From an uncultured archaeon (GTDB taxonomy: Archaea > EX4484-52 > LFW-46): 41,042 bases of DNA. The first letter of the stretch is position 1, and every line of letters starts with the position of its first letter. Made by a program: the position numbers and the translations under genes. The stretch covers positions 1-41,042 of the forward strand of contig CABMCT010000065.1 in the NCBI GenBank assembly GCA_902384675.1. The letters are read 5' to 3'. The notes beneath the pieces were generated by a model. The model did no database searches and was not told where the DNA came from. It saw nothing but the letters and a program-made list of their open reading frames with translations. Below, in pieces: positions 1-8,261 of the stretch.

Positions 1-433
1 CGTCGGGAGCCGGAATGTCAATATCCTGCCCGATAAACTTATGCACTCCGCGAATATATCCCCTGCTTAATCTCTGGAGCTCAGGATGTGAGAGCTTTTT
101 GGGGTCAACAACAATGCCGCCTTTTGCACCGCCATAAGGGATGTTTGCAACAGCGCACTTGAATGCCATCCAGAAAGCAAGCGCCGTGACCTCATCAAGC
201 GAGACATTCGGATGGTACCTAATCCCGCCTTTGTAAGGCCCGCGCGCGTCATTGTAATGCACGCGGTAACCATGGAACACTTCAAGCTTTCCTGAATCCA
301 TGCGCACAGGAATCGAAAATGAAAGGATTTCCTTTGGCGCGGAGAGAATTGCACGCGCATCATCAGTCATTTTGACATAGTTCATTGCTTTTTGGAGTCT
401 CAGAAATGCTTTTTCAAAAATCTGGTTTGACAT
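1..433 (-). CDS. gdhA: Glu/Leu/Phe/Val dehydrogenase (glutamate dehydrogenase), N-terminal part; runs off the window
   Basis: Not in ORF track. Manual translation from ATG at 433 gives [10 protein letters not shown]...[21 protein letters not shown]...[18 protein letters not shown]...DIPAPD, which are the GDH signature motifs. Confidence 0.93.
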   Translation of the reverse strand, partial: MSNQIFEKAFLRLQKAMNYVKMTDDARAILSAPKEILSFSIPVRMDSGKLEVFHGYRVHYNDARGPYKGGIRYHPNVSLDEVTALAFWMAFKCAVANIPYGGAKGGIVVDPKKLSHPELQRLSRGYIRGVHKFIGQDIDIPAPD

Positions 434-591
434 AGGAGTCACTTGAAATATTTTAATAAATGATTATTTAAGTTTTGACAGAAAACTATGGCTTGTAGTA
501 ATTGAGCTAGCTAAGGCAAATTATCGCATTCAGAGGATATTGAAAGGCTCATTAGTGAATTTCTGCAGGCAGGGGCTCTGCGTGAGCTTCT

Positions 592-2976
592 TCATTTCTT
601 CCCTTGCATCTTAGAAAGCATCACCCTCGTCTTTATCACGCTGTCAGGATTCAGTGAAATCGAGTCAATGCCCTCATCAATCAGGAACTGTGCAAAATCC
701 GGGAAATCGCTTGGAGCCTGGCCGCAGATGCCGATTTTGCGCTTGTATTTCTTCGCTGCATGGATTACAGAGGAGATAAGCCGCTTTACTGCCTCGTTTT
801 TCTCGTTCGCAATATGCGTCACAATTCCGGAATCCCGGTCTATTCCAAGAGTCAACTGCGTCAGGTCATTGCTTCCGATAGAGAATCCGTCAAATATTTC
901 GGAGAATTTGTCTGCCAGAATCACGTTGGACGGTATTTCGCACATGACATAGACTTCAAGGCCGTTCTGGTGCTGGACAAGCCCGTTCTTCTTCATCTCT
1001 GCAATTACCTTCTGGCCTTCTTCGGGAGTCCTGCAGAAAGGAATCATCACCTTGATATTGTTCAGGCCAAACTCCTCGCGCGCTTTTTTGAGCGCCTCGC
1101 ATTCAAGGGCAAATCCTGCCTTGTATTTATCATCATAGTACCTCGATGCCCCGCGCCAGCCAATCATCGGGTTCTCCTCCTTCGGCTCATAAGCAGTGCC
1201 GCCGATGAGGTTCGCATACTCGTTTGTCTTAAAGTCCGACAGCCTGACAATGACATCCTTTGGGTAAAACGCCGCTGCAATCATGCCTACGCCTTCTGCA
1301 AGCTTGTCGACAAAGAACTGCGACTTATCAGTGTATCCGCCGGTGTATTTGTCAATCTCCTTTTTGAGCTTTGCATCAAGTGACTTGTAATTCAGAAGCG
1401 CCAGCGGGTGAACCTTTATGTAGGAATTTATTATGAACTCCTCGCGCGCAAGCCCCACCCCGTCATTCGGGATAAACGACTCGTCAAACGCCTGCTCGGG
1501 GTTGCCCACATTCATCATAAGCTTTGTTTTCGGTGCAGGAAGATTGCTCAAATCCGTCTTTTTGACATTGAATTTCAGGCTGCCTGAATAGACTTTGCCT
1601 TCCTCGCCTTCTGCGCAGGAAACTGTTATTGTCTCGCCTGTCTTAAGCACCTTTGTCCCGTTTCCCGTGCCGACAACGCATGGAATTCCGAGTTCGCGCG
1701 AAATTATTGCGGCATGACAGGTACGGCCGCCTTTTTCCGTGACTATTGCAGAGGACAGCCTCATTATCGGCTCCCAGTCGGGGTCTGTCATTTCTGTTAC
1801 AAGCACGTCGCCTTTCCTGAACATGTTTATGTTCTTGACGTCCCTGATTATGTTTGCCCGCCCGGCACCGATTTTCTCCCCGACGCTCAATCCTTTTACA
1901 ATAACCTTTCCTTTTTCAAGAAGCGTGTACTGCTCAAGAACCGAGACATCTTTTCTTGACTGCACTGTTTCGGGCCTTGCCTGGACAATGAAAAGCTTTC
2001 CCATCCTGCCGTCCTTTGCCCACTCGATGTCCATGGGCTTTTTGTAATGCTCCTCGATTATACAGCCCCATTTTGCAAGATTCAGGACTTCTGCATCAGT
2101 CAGGCAGAATTTTGCCGCATCGCTTGCGGATGTTTTTATGTTCTTTGTCGGGGTGGATTTATCATCCGAATAAATCATGCGCACGTCCTTGCTTCCAAGC
2201 TCTCTTGAAATTATGGGCTTTTTGCCAAGCTTTAGCGTGGGCTTAAAGACAAAGAACTGGTCAGGGTCTACTCTTCCCTGCACTATGTTTTCCCCGAGGC
2301 CGTACGAGCCGTTAATCAGCACAACATCCCTGAATCCGCTTTCTGTATCGATTGTAAACATTACGCCGGAGCAGGCCATATCGCTTCGCACCATTTTCTG
2401 CACGCCAATCGAAAGATAAACCGAGAACTGGCCAAAGCCTTTTGTGTGGCGATATGATATGGCGCGGTCTGTGAAAAGTGATGAGAAGCATTTTTTGGAA
2501 GCCTCAAGAAGCGCGTCTACCCCGCGGATATTCAAATAAGTTTCCTGCTGGCCTGCAAAGCTTGCATCAGGCAAGTCTTCTGCTGTTGCCGACGAACGCA
2601 CTGCCACGTCGCAGTTTGGCCCGTATTCCTTGCAGAGCTTCTGGTAAGACGCAACAATTTCTTTTTTGAGCTCTTCGGGAAATTCTGCGGAAAGCAGTGT
2701 CTCGCGGATTTTTCTGCCGCGCTCCTGCAAATTCTTCAGGTTGGTGACATCAAGGTCAGAAAGTATCTCGCGCATTTTCTTCTCGATGCCGCTTTCTTTT
2801 AAGAATAAACGGTATGCATGGGCAGTTACTGCAAAGCCGTTAGGTATGTTTACGCCCTTCTTTGTCAGGTTCGAATACATCTCGCCCAAAGACGCGTTTT
2901 TCCCGCCGACAGTGCCGACATCAGTATATCTTATATCGCTGAACCAGAGAACAAGACTCTTTGTTTTATCTACCAT
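592..2976 (-). CDS. ppsA: Phosphoenolpyruvate synthase (pyruvate, water dikinase)
   Basis: VGGKNASLGEM, VAVRSSATAED, GGRTCHAAIISRE (phospho-His), FSIGSNDLTQ, ICGQ. Start placed at MVDKTK (2976). Confidence 0.96.
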   Translation of the reverse strand: MVDKTKSLVLWFSDIRYTDVGTVGGKNASLGEMYSNLTKKGVNIPNGFAVTAHAYRLFLKESGIEKKMREILSDLDVTNLKNLQERGRKIRETLLSAEFPEELKKEIVASYQKLCKEYGPNCDVAVRSSATAEDLPDASFAGQQETYLNIRGVDALLEASKKCFSSLFTDRAISYRHTKGFGQFSVYLSIGVQKMVRSDMACSGVMFTIDTESGFRDVVLINGSYGLGENIVQGRVDPDQFFVFKPTLKLGKKPIISRELGSKDVRMIYSDDKSTPTKNIKTSASDAAKFCLTDAEVLNLAKWGCIIEEHYKKPMDIEWAKDGRMGKLFIVQARPETVQSRKDVSVLEQYTLLEKGKVIVKGLSVGEKIGAGRANIIRDVKNINMFRKGDVLVTEMTDPDWEPIMRLSSAIVTEKGGRTCHAAIISRELGIPCVVGTGNGTKVLKTGETITVSCAEGEEGKVYSGSLKFNVKKTDLSNLPAPKTKLMMNVGNPEQAFDESFIPNDGVGLAREEFIINSYIKVHPLALLNYKSLDAKLKKEIDKYTGGYTDKSQFFVDKLAEGVGMIAAAFYPKDVIVRLSDFKTNEYANLIGGTAYEPKEENPMIGWRGASRYYDDKYKAGFALECEALKKAREEFGLNNIKVMIPFCRTPEEGQKVIAEMKKNGLVQHQNGLEVYVMCEIPSNVILADKFSEIFDGFSIGSNDLTQLTLGIDRDSGIVTHIANEKNEAVKRLISSVIHAAKKYKRKIGICGQAPSDFPDFAQFLIDEGIDSISLNPDSVIKTRVMLSKMQGKK

Positions 2977-3039
2977 ATCATTTATTTGGAGGAGAATGTA
3001 TATATAGAGATTTAACAGAAAATATAAACGAGGCATTGA

Positions 3040-3425
3040 ATGAAAAAAGAAATCGTCAATATTAATGGAATTGCGCCTCCCCGGGCCCGTTCAATCATGT
3101 TGTAAGGGCAGGAAATTTTCTATTTATTACAAGCCAGCTGTCAGCAGACCTTAAAACTAATAAAATTATTCCCGGCAATATCTCGGAACAGACAAGGAAA
3201 GCCATGGACAACATAAAATTATTGATAGAAGCCGCCGGAAGGAAAATGGATGACATTGTAAAGGTCATTATTTATATGAGAGATGTAAAGCAGTTTGATA
3301 AGATGAACGAAGTTTACCGAGGGTATTTCAAAGGCGGGCAGGAACCGGCAAGGGTTACTGTACAAGCATTATCTCCCATAAAATCTGTTGACATAGAAAT
3401 CGAAGCTATTGCCATTGTGAACTGA
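3040..3425 (+). pseudogene. ridA: RidA/YjgF/UK114 family protein split by a -1 frameshift near 3076-3085
   Basis: ATG at 3040 gives MKKEIVNINGIAPP and then stops. The -1 frame continues PGPFNHVVRAGNFLFITSQL...QTRKAMDNI...PARVTVQ...DIEIEAIA. Confidence 0.8.
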
Positions 3426-3467
3426 CTTATTTAACGCTTATTAACTTCCCCAAATATAATATCTGAT

Positions 3468-4220
3468 ATGGTTGTTTCTGATAATCCCGCTACAAGGATA
3501 CGGCTTGAGATATCCCATAATGCTGAAGACAAAAAAATTTCTGTTGGCGGCACCTGCGCGGTTGCGAATGTCTTTGACATGGCCGGAAATCTTGCAATAA
3601 AGCCGTGCGAGCTGGCAGAAAAAGCCCACCCCTCGGATGTATGGTTCAGGCTGGATGTTACGCAGAATAATTTCAGGGAAGGGCTAAAGGAGATGGCAAA
3701 ACTTTCGCACATGGGATTTTCTAATTTTAGCATAATGCTTTCCGGCTTAAAGGAAGCGGATGAAATACGGCGCGCAAGATTTGTTGCCGCAGAATGCGGG
3801 GTTCTGTTTGGCGTCGAGATACCGTTCGGCGTCTCTATAGATTCTCCAGGAATGGCGCTTTCCTACGACGAAATTTCAAGAGCGGGGGCAACATTTGCAG
3901 TAATGGACATTGACTCGCTTTCAAAGAAAATCATGTGCCATGAAAAGATTCAACATGAAATTCCTGAACCGGTTTCCAAGATAATCGAAAGCTCGATAAC
4001 ACGATTCAAGCAGAAAGGAATTCATGTTGCTGCGCGAGGGAATATGCTTGAAAGCACGGATGTCTTAAAAGAGCTGATGGCGTCAGGTATTGACTCGATT
4101 CTTGCGCATCCCGCAAACTTTGAAAAAATAAAACTCAAGGCACTGTATGCCGAAAAGCACCAGGAACTTGATTTCATGAAATCAAAAATGAGGATGCATT
4201 TGAGGCCGAGAAGCCGGTAA
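3468..4220 (+). CDS. Degenerate PEP-utilising enzyme C-terminal (TIM-barrel) domain protein
   Basis: Colinear resemblance to the PpsA C-terminus (VSKIIESSI...GIHVAARG...LMASGIDSILAHP vs VKRLISSVI...KIGICGQ...LIDEGIDSISLNP) without the catalytic motifs. Confidence 0.6.
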   Translation: MVVSDNPATRIRLEISHNAEDKKISVGGTCAVANVFDMAGNLAIKPCELAEKAHPSDVWFRLDVTQNNFREGLKEMAKLSHMGFSNFSIMLSGLKEADEIRRARFVAAECGVLFGVEIPFGVSIDSPGMALSYDEISRAGATFAVMDIDSLSKKIMCHEKIQHEIPEPVSKIIESSITRFKQKGIHVAARGNMLESTDVLKELMASGIDSILAHPANFEKIKLKALYAEKHQELDFMKSKMRMHLRPRSR

Positions 4221-4253
4221 AATCGTTATGAGCGCAAAGACTCGCCGGGGTTA

Positions 4254-4267
4254 AGTATTTAAATACT
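4254..4267 (+). promoter_or_regulatory. TATA-box-containing perfect palindrome upstream of tbp
   Basis: AGTATTTAAATACT is a 14-bp perfect palindrome containing TTTAAATA, about 120 nt upstream of the tbp ATG. Confidence 0.55.
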
Positions 4268-4290
4268 AGTGTGTATATAATAGAGTATTA

Positions 4291-4378
4291 CTTCCAACCG
4301 CCGAAGGCGTTGTTGGGATGCTTGAAAATCTGTGCAATATGCATAAAGATTTTCATGATTTTAGGAATATTTCTAAGG
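4291..4378 (+). repeat. Modular palindromic repeat cluster in the tbp leader
   Basis: TTCCAAC..GTTGGGAT-GC-TTGAAAATC..GATTTTCAT-GA-TTTT; same junction grammar as the tRNA-linked clusters. Confidence 0.65.
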
Positions 4379-4385
4379 GATTTGA

Positions 4386-4928
4386 ATGGGGGGTAATACA
4401 GTTATAAGAAATGTTGTTGCTTCTTGCACAGCCGACTCAAAAATCCCGTTATCCCGCCTTGCCATAGGGCTTGAGGGAACGGAGTATGAACCGGAACAGT
4501 TTCCGGGACTTGTTCTGCGCCTGACTGATCCAAAAGCTGCGGCATTAATTTTCAATTCGGGAAAAATTGTTTGCACAGGAACAAAATCTCCAGAGGATGC
4601 AAAATGTGCAATCGACAAGCTTGTGCAAACGATACAGACACTTGGCGTCAGCATCGGCGAAATAAAAGACATAACAATACAAAACATTGTCGTGTCTGCA
4701 AACATGGAAGCAAAACTGAATCTGAATAAAATCTCCGTGGAACTCGAGGGCACTGAATATGACCCTGAGCAATTCCCGGGATTGATTTATCGCCTTGATG
4801 ACCCGCAGGTCGTATTTCTTTTATTCACTTCCGGCAAAGTGATTTGCACAGGAGGAAAAAGCCAGAAAGAGCTGAACAAAAGCATCGAGAGGCTGCGCGA
4901 GAATCTGGCAGGGATTGGGGCGCTTTAG
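4386..4928 (+). CDS. tbp: TATA-box-binding protein
   Basis: Two direct repeats: NVVAS..YEPEQFPGL..LIFNSGKIVCTG and NIVVS..YDPEQFPGL..LLFTSGKVICTG. Confidence 0.97.
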   Translation: MGGNTVIRNVVASCTADSKIPLSRLAIGLEGTEYEPEQFPGLVLRLTDPKAAALIFNSGKIVCTGTKSPEDAKCAIDKLVQTIQTLGVSIGEIKDITIQNIVVSANMEAKLNLNKISVELEGTEYDPEQFPGLIYRLDDPQVVFLLFTSGKVICTGGKSQKELNKSIERLRENLAGIGAL

Positions 4929-4979
4929 CAGATTCCGGGTTAAGGCGGATATATAAGTATTGTATGGTTATTCTATCAT

Positions 4980-5522
4980 ATGAGCTATCTCGTAATACTC
5001 CGAGGGCCTGCGGGAGTCGGCAAAACAACTGTTGGAGAAAAATTAGCCGAAGTTCTAAATGGAGAGTGCATACACATAGATAAAATACTGGATGATAACG
5101 GACTGGGATACATTTCCGGGGAAAAATGGGTTCCTGAAATAAATTTCTTAAAAGTTAACGAAATTTTAGAGCCGCATATCAATGAGCAACTGAATAAAGG
5201 AATGGTTGTCGTAGTTGAAGGAAATTTTTACCATAAATCGCAGATAGAAGATATTCTGAGGAAAGTTCGCCACAAATATTACTCATTCACGCTTAAAGCA
5301 GGTTTAGAGACCTGTATAAATCGCGATAAAAACAGAAGCGGCATCGGCAAAGAGAGAGTTAAGGCTGTATTCAAGCTGGTCTCTACGTTTGATTATGGCA
5401 TTGTAATTGATACTGAGGATAAAATGCCAGAACATGTCGTCAAAGAAATTATTTCTCATTTGCCTAATTCTAATACCAAGAAAACATTTGAAGAAATTAG
5501 ATTGACGAAAATTCAGAAATAA
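4980..5522 (+). CDS. P-loop nucleoside/nucleotide kinase-like (AAA family) protein
   Basis: N-terminal GPAGVGKTT Walker A, VVVEG, RDKNR lid motif. Confidence 0.75.
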   Translation: MSYLVILRGPAGVGKTTVGEKLAEVLNGECIHIDKILDDNGLGYISGEKWVPEINFLKVNEILEPHINEQLNKGMVVVVEGNFYHKSQIEDILRKVRHKYYSFTLKAGLETCINRDKNRSGIGKERVKAVFKLVSTFDYGIVIDTEDKMPEHVVKEIISHLPNSNTKKTFEEIRLTKIQK

Positions 5523-5527
5523 AAAGT

Positions 5528-5614
5528 AAAAAATCATCTCGCAACGCTTGAAGCTTTTTCCAAGCAAAATTTGAAAAACAATGCGAAACTTCTGCCAAAA
5601 AAGACAGAAGTTTC
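5528..5614 (-). repeat. Degenerate member of the modular repeat family plus a 10-bp hairpin
   Basis: Minus strand AAAAA-GC-(17 nt)-GA-TTTT junction; GAAACTTCTG/CAGAAGTTTC stem at 5585-5614. Confidence 0.4.
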
Positions 5615-5653
5615 TAAAATAGTTTAATAAGAAAATAATTTTATCATTCAGAA

Positions 5654-5725
5654 TTATCTCTTTTTCTTTCTCTTTACTGTCCTTTTAGTTGTTCTTTTTG
5701 CTTTTGCTTTTTTCTTTGCCGCCAT
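5654..5725 (-). CDS. 23-aa highly basic micro-protein MAAKKKAKAKRTTKRTVKRKKKR
   Basis: Not in ORF track. Strong archaeal Shine-Dalgarno AGGGGTGA 4 nt before the ATG; TATATATA box at 5883-5890. Confidence 0.65.
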   Translation of the reverse strand: MAAKKKAKAKRTTKRTVKRKKKR

Positions 5726-5737
5726 TTTATCACCCCT

Positions 5738-5860
5738 TGATTCTTTATCTCCCTTGAGAACATATAGTGAATCGCTTAAAAGACATTGGATTCACTATCT
5801 ATCCAATCTCGAATACAATGCTGTTCAAAAGATGTGAGATTGGATATAGATTTAGAATCA
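5738..5860 (-). ncRNA. Structured 5' leader / candidate cis-regulatory RNA
   Basis: Closing stem 5738-5744/5854-5860; perfect stems 5764-5773/5789-5798 and 5800-5810/5836-5846. Confidence 0.5.
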
Positions 5861-5968
5861 GTAACTACTTGCACACGCGTAGTATATATAGTTTCTTAAA
5901 AAAATTTCTGGAACATTTTGGAAGTTTGACGATTTTTTGGCAGAAAATATTTCGTTTGATGTAAAAAA

Positions 5969-7798
5969 TTATTTCCCCAAAACTTTTTTCACTGCTTCCG
6001 CAATTTCTTTCCCGCTCGCCTTTCCTTTTAATTCTTTCATCGCCTCGCCGATAATTACGTTGATTTTATCGGTTTTCTCGCGCGCAATTACTGCTTTTAC
6101 AACATCTTCGATTTCTTTTCCTGAAATTTTCGGCGCGGCGGCAATTATTTCGGAAACTGATTTTCCTGTGCGGTAATTCTGGAGAATTATGTGCGGAATT
6201 TTGTCCTTCTGGATTCTTCCTTTTTGGAGCAATGCAAAAATCTCCATGAAAACATTTTCGTTTATCTTGTCGGCATCGATATTTTCGCGTACTTTAAGGT
6301 TCGGAAGCGTGTTTGTGAAAAAAGCCGCAACGTCTCTTTTGTCTACATTATATTTTCCGGAAATTTCCTCGAAAATATCCAGATAATCAGAAGCCATTAT
6401 CTGGCTCGCCAATTCTTTTCCGATTTCTTTTTCAAGGCGAGCCAACTTTTTATCCAGTGTTTCCGGAAGATTTATTTTTTGAATTATTGCGCGCGGAATT
6501 TCAACCGGCGCAACGTCAGTTTCAGGATACATTCTTGCAGCACCCGGGAGCGGTCGCATGAATTCGGAATCGCCGTTTTGCAGTGCACGCCTGGTTTCTT
6601 TCGGAATTCCATCAAGAAGAGCGTTCACACGGTTAATAACCGCATTCAATGCATTTTCTGCCATGTTTTTATCAGCCGCAACAATTGCAACCAAATCCGC
6701 ATCTTTTGCGCCAAGAATTTTTCTTAATTCATCAAATTCTTTTTCAATCCCGTACTTTGCCAAATCCTCATCAGAATGAATTATGCCCTTGACTTTTACC
6801 TTTGCGCGCGCATATCCTGCAATTTCGTTTCCAAGAGTCCTGAAATCATTAAGCTTTTCCTTAAACAGCCCTGAAACTTTTTCTATTTTTGCTGCATAAA
6901 TTTCCTTGCCGCGCAAAATATTGGATGCGGTATTTTTGAAAACAGAAGTTGCATCAATAATTTTTATTTCCTCCCTCTTAAAGCCCCTGTTTTCAAGTTC
7001 TTTCTTTATTTTAAGCAATCCTAACTGCCGCAAAACTTCCTGGCGCACAAGCTCCGGAATCATTTTCAGGTCCTGCGCCCCTTTTATTTCTGTGCGGGCG
7101 CCGTCTTTTATCGAAACATTTACATCCTGCCGGATTGTGCCTATGCCGCGCATAACTTTTCCTGTGCTTTTAAGGAGCATCCCGATTTTTTCTGCTGTCT
7201 CTTTTGCATGTGCGGGGCTTTTTATGTCAGGGGCAGTTCCTATTTCAACCAAAGGAATGCCAAGCCGGTTCAGCCCAAAAACTGTTTCCCCATCGCGGGT
7301 TTCAAGTATCTGGCAGCTCTCTTCTTCAAGCGAGATATTAGTTATACCTATAAAGCCTTGCGAAGTCGAAAATTTCCCGTCAAGCCCTACAATCGCGGTT
7401 CTCTGGAATCCCGAAGTGTTTGAGCCGTCGATTACGGTTTTTCGCATGAAAAGAACTTCGTCGGGAATTTTTGCCGAAAACATCTTGGAGACAAGAAGCG
7501 AAATTCCAAGAGCATCGGAATTCGCGCTATGCGGCGGCTCCTCGTCCATCTCTACAAGGCAGGATGATTTCGGATAAATTTTGTAAACGAACTCCTTTCC
7601 CCTGCCCAACTCATGCAATGCTGCAGGGTCTATTTCTCCGAGCTCTCCTGCAACAGCACGGAGCTTGCGCTTTATCTCGGATTTTGGAGTTTCTTCTGTT
7701 TCAGTTTCGCAATTGCAGAAAAGCTTCTTTGTTTTCAGCCTGCGGTGTATTTCAAGGCCGCATTTGAAGCCGAGTGCAGGGTAGTCTAAATTATCCAT
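5969..7798 (-). CDS. gatE: Glu-tRNA(Gln) amidotransferase subunit E
   Basis: GFKCGLEIH, KLFCNC, DEEPPH, RKTVIDGSNTSGFQRT, RGIGTIRQDVNVSI, RPLPGAARMYPETD. Start placed at MDNLDY. Confidence 0.96.
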   Translation of the reverse strand: MDNLDYPALGFKCGLEIHRRLKTKKLFCNCETETEETPKSEIKRKLRAVAGELGEIDPAALHELGRGKEFVYKIYPKSSCLVEMDEEPPHSANSDALGISLLVSKMFSAKIPDEVLFMRKTVIDGSNTSGFQRTAIVGLDGKFSTSQGFIGITNISLEEESCQILETRDGETVFGLNRLGIPLVEIGTAPDIKSPAHAKETAEKIGMLLKSTGKVMRGIGTIRQDVNVSIKDGARTEIKGAQDLKMIPELVRQEVLRQLGLLKIKKELENRGFKREEIKIIDATSVFKNTASNILRGKEIYAAKIEKVSGLFKEKLNDFRTLGNEIAGYARAKVKVKGIIHSDEDLAKYGIEKEFDELRKILGAKDADLVAIVAADKNMAENALNAVINRVNALLDGIPKETRRALQNGDSEFMRPLPGAARMYPETDVAPVEIPRAIIQKINLPETLDKKLARLEKEIGKELASQIMASDYLDIFEEISGKYNVDKRDVAAFFTNTLPNLKVRENIDADKINENVFMEIFALLQKGRIQKDKIPHIILQNYRTGKSVSEIIAAAPKISGKEIEDVVKAVIAREKTDKINVIIGEAMKELKGKASGKEIAEAVKKVLGK

Positions 7799-7920
7799 GC
7801 AGTATTCTTGGTGGGAAAAATGTATAAAGGAATGTGTGATTGTTCGCAAAGGGCTTGCCTGATTCACGATAGTTTATCCGCTGTTTATCAGATAATTTGA
7901 GTCTTCCCTGCCAGAAATTT

Positions 7921-8086
7921 AAAAGTACATGAGGTGGTATTATGGATACAATATGTTTAAACTTTGTTTAAAAAGTACGTCGTACGACGGTGCTTTTTTA
8001 TCGCGCCGCAAAAGTTTATATATGGGTCAAAAGTACTGTTACTGTATCACCAAAACCACATGCAACCACGGATTCCTTGAAAGTAC
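7921..8086. promoter_or_regulatory. Divergent promoter region with four AAAGTAC motifs, a 12-bp palindrome and a TATA box
   Basis: (A/G)AAAGTAC at 7921, 7971, 8029 and 8079; CGTCGTACGACG at 7978-7989; TTTATATA at 8015-8022. Confidence 0.45.
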
Positions 8087-8261
8087 CTTATGACTTCTGA
8101 TGTCAGATGATGAAACTGAGGGTATTTTTCAAGGTTTCCGCCAATTGAAATTTAAGGGTTTGATATTTCTTTCTTTAGGGTCATGGAAATCCCTATGCAA
8201 TGCGGATTTTCACAACTGCATTCGATTCAAAGTGATGAAATGAGTTAAATAAAACGAGGCG

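Noticed and set aside
67-363. 98-aa ORF from the track
   Set aside because: Alternative frame of gdhA.
8091-8120. Hammerhead ribozyme
   Set aside because: CTGATGT does not fit the CUGANGA core, and stems II and III cannot be built.
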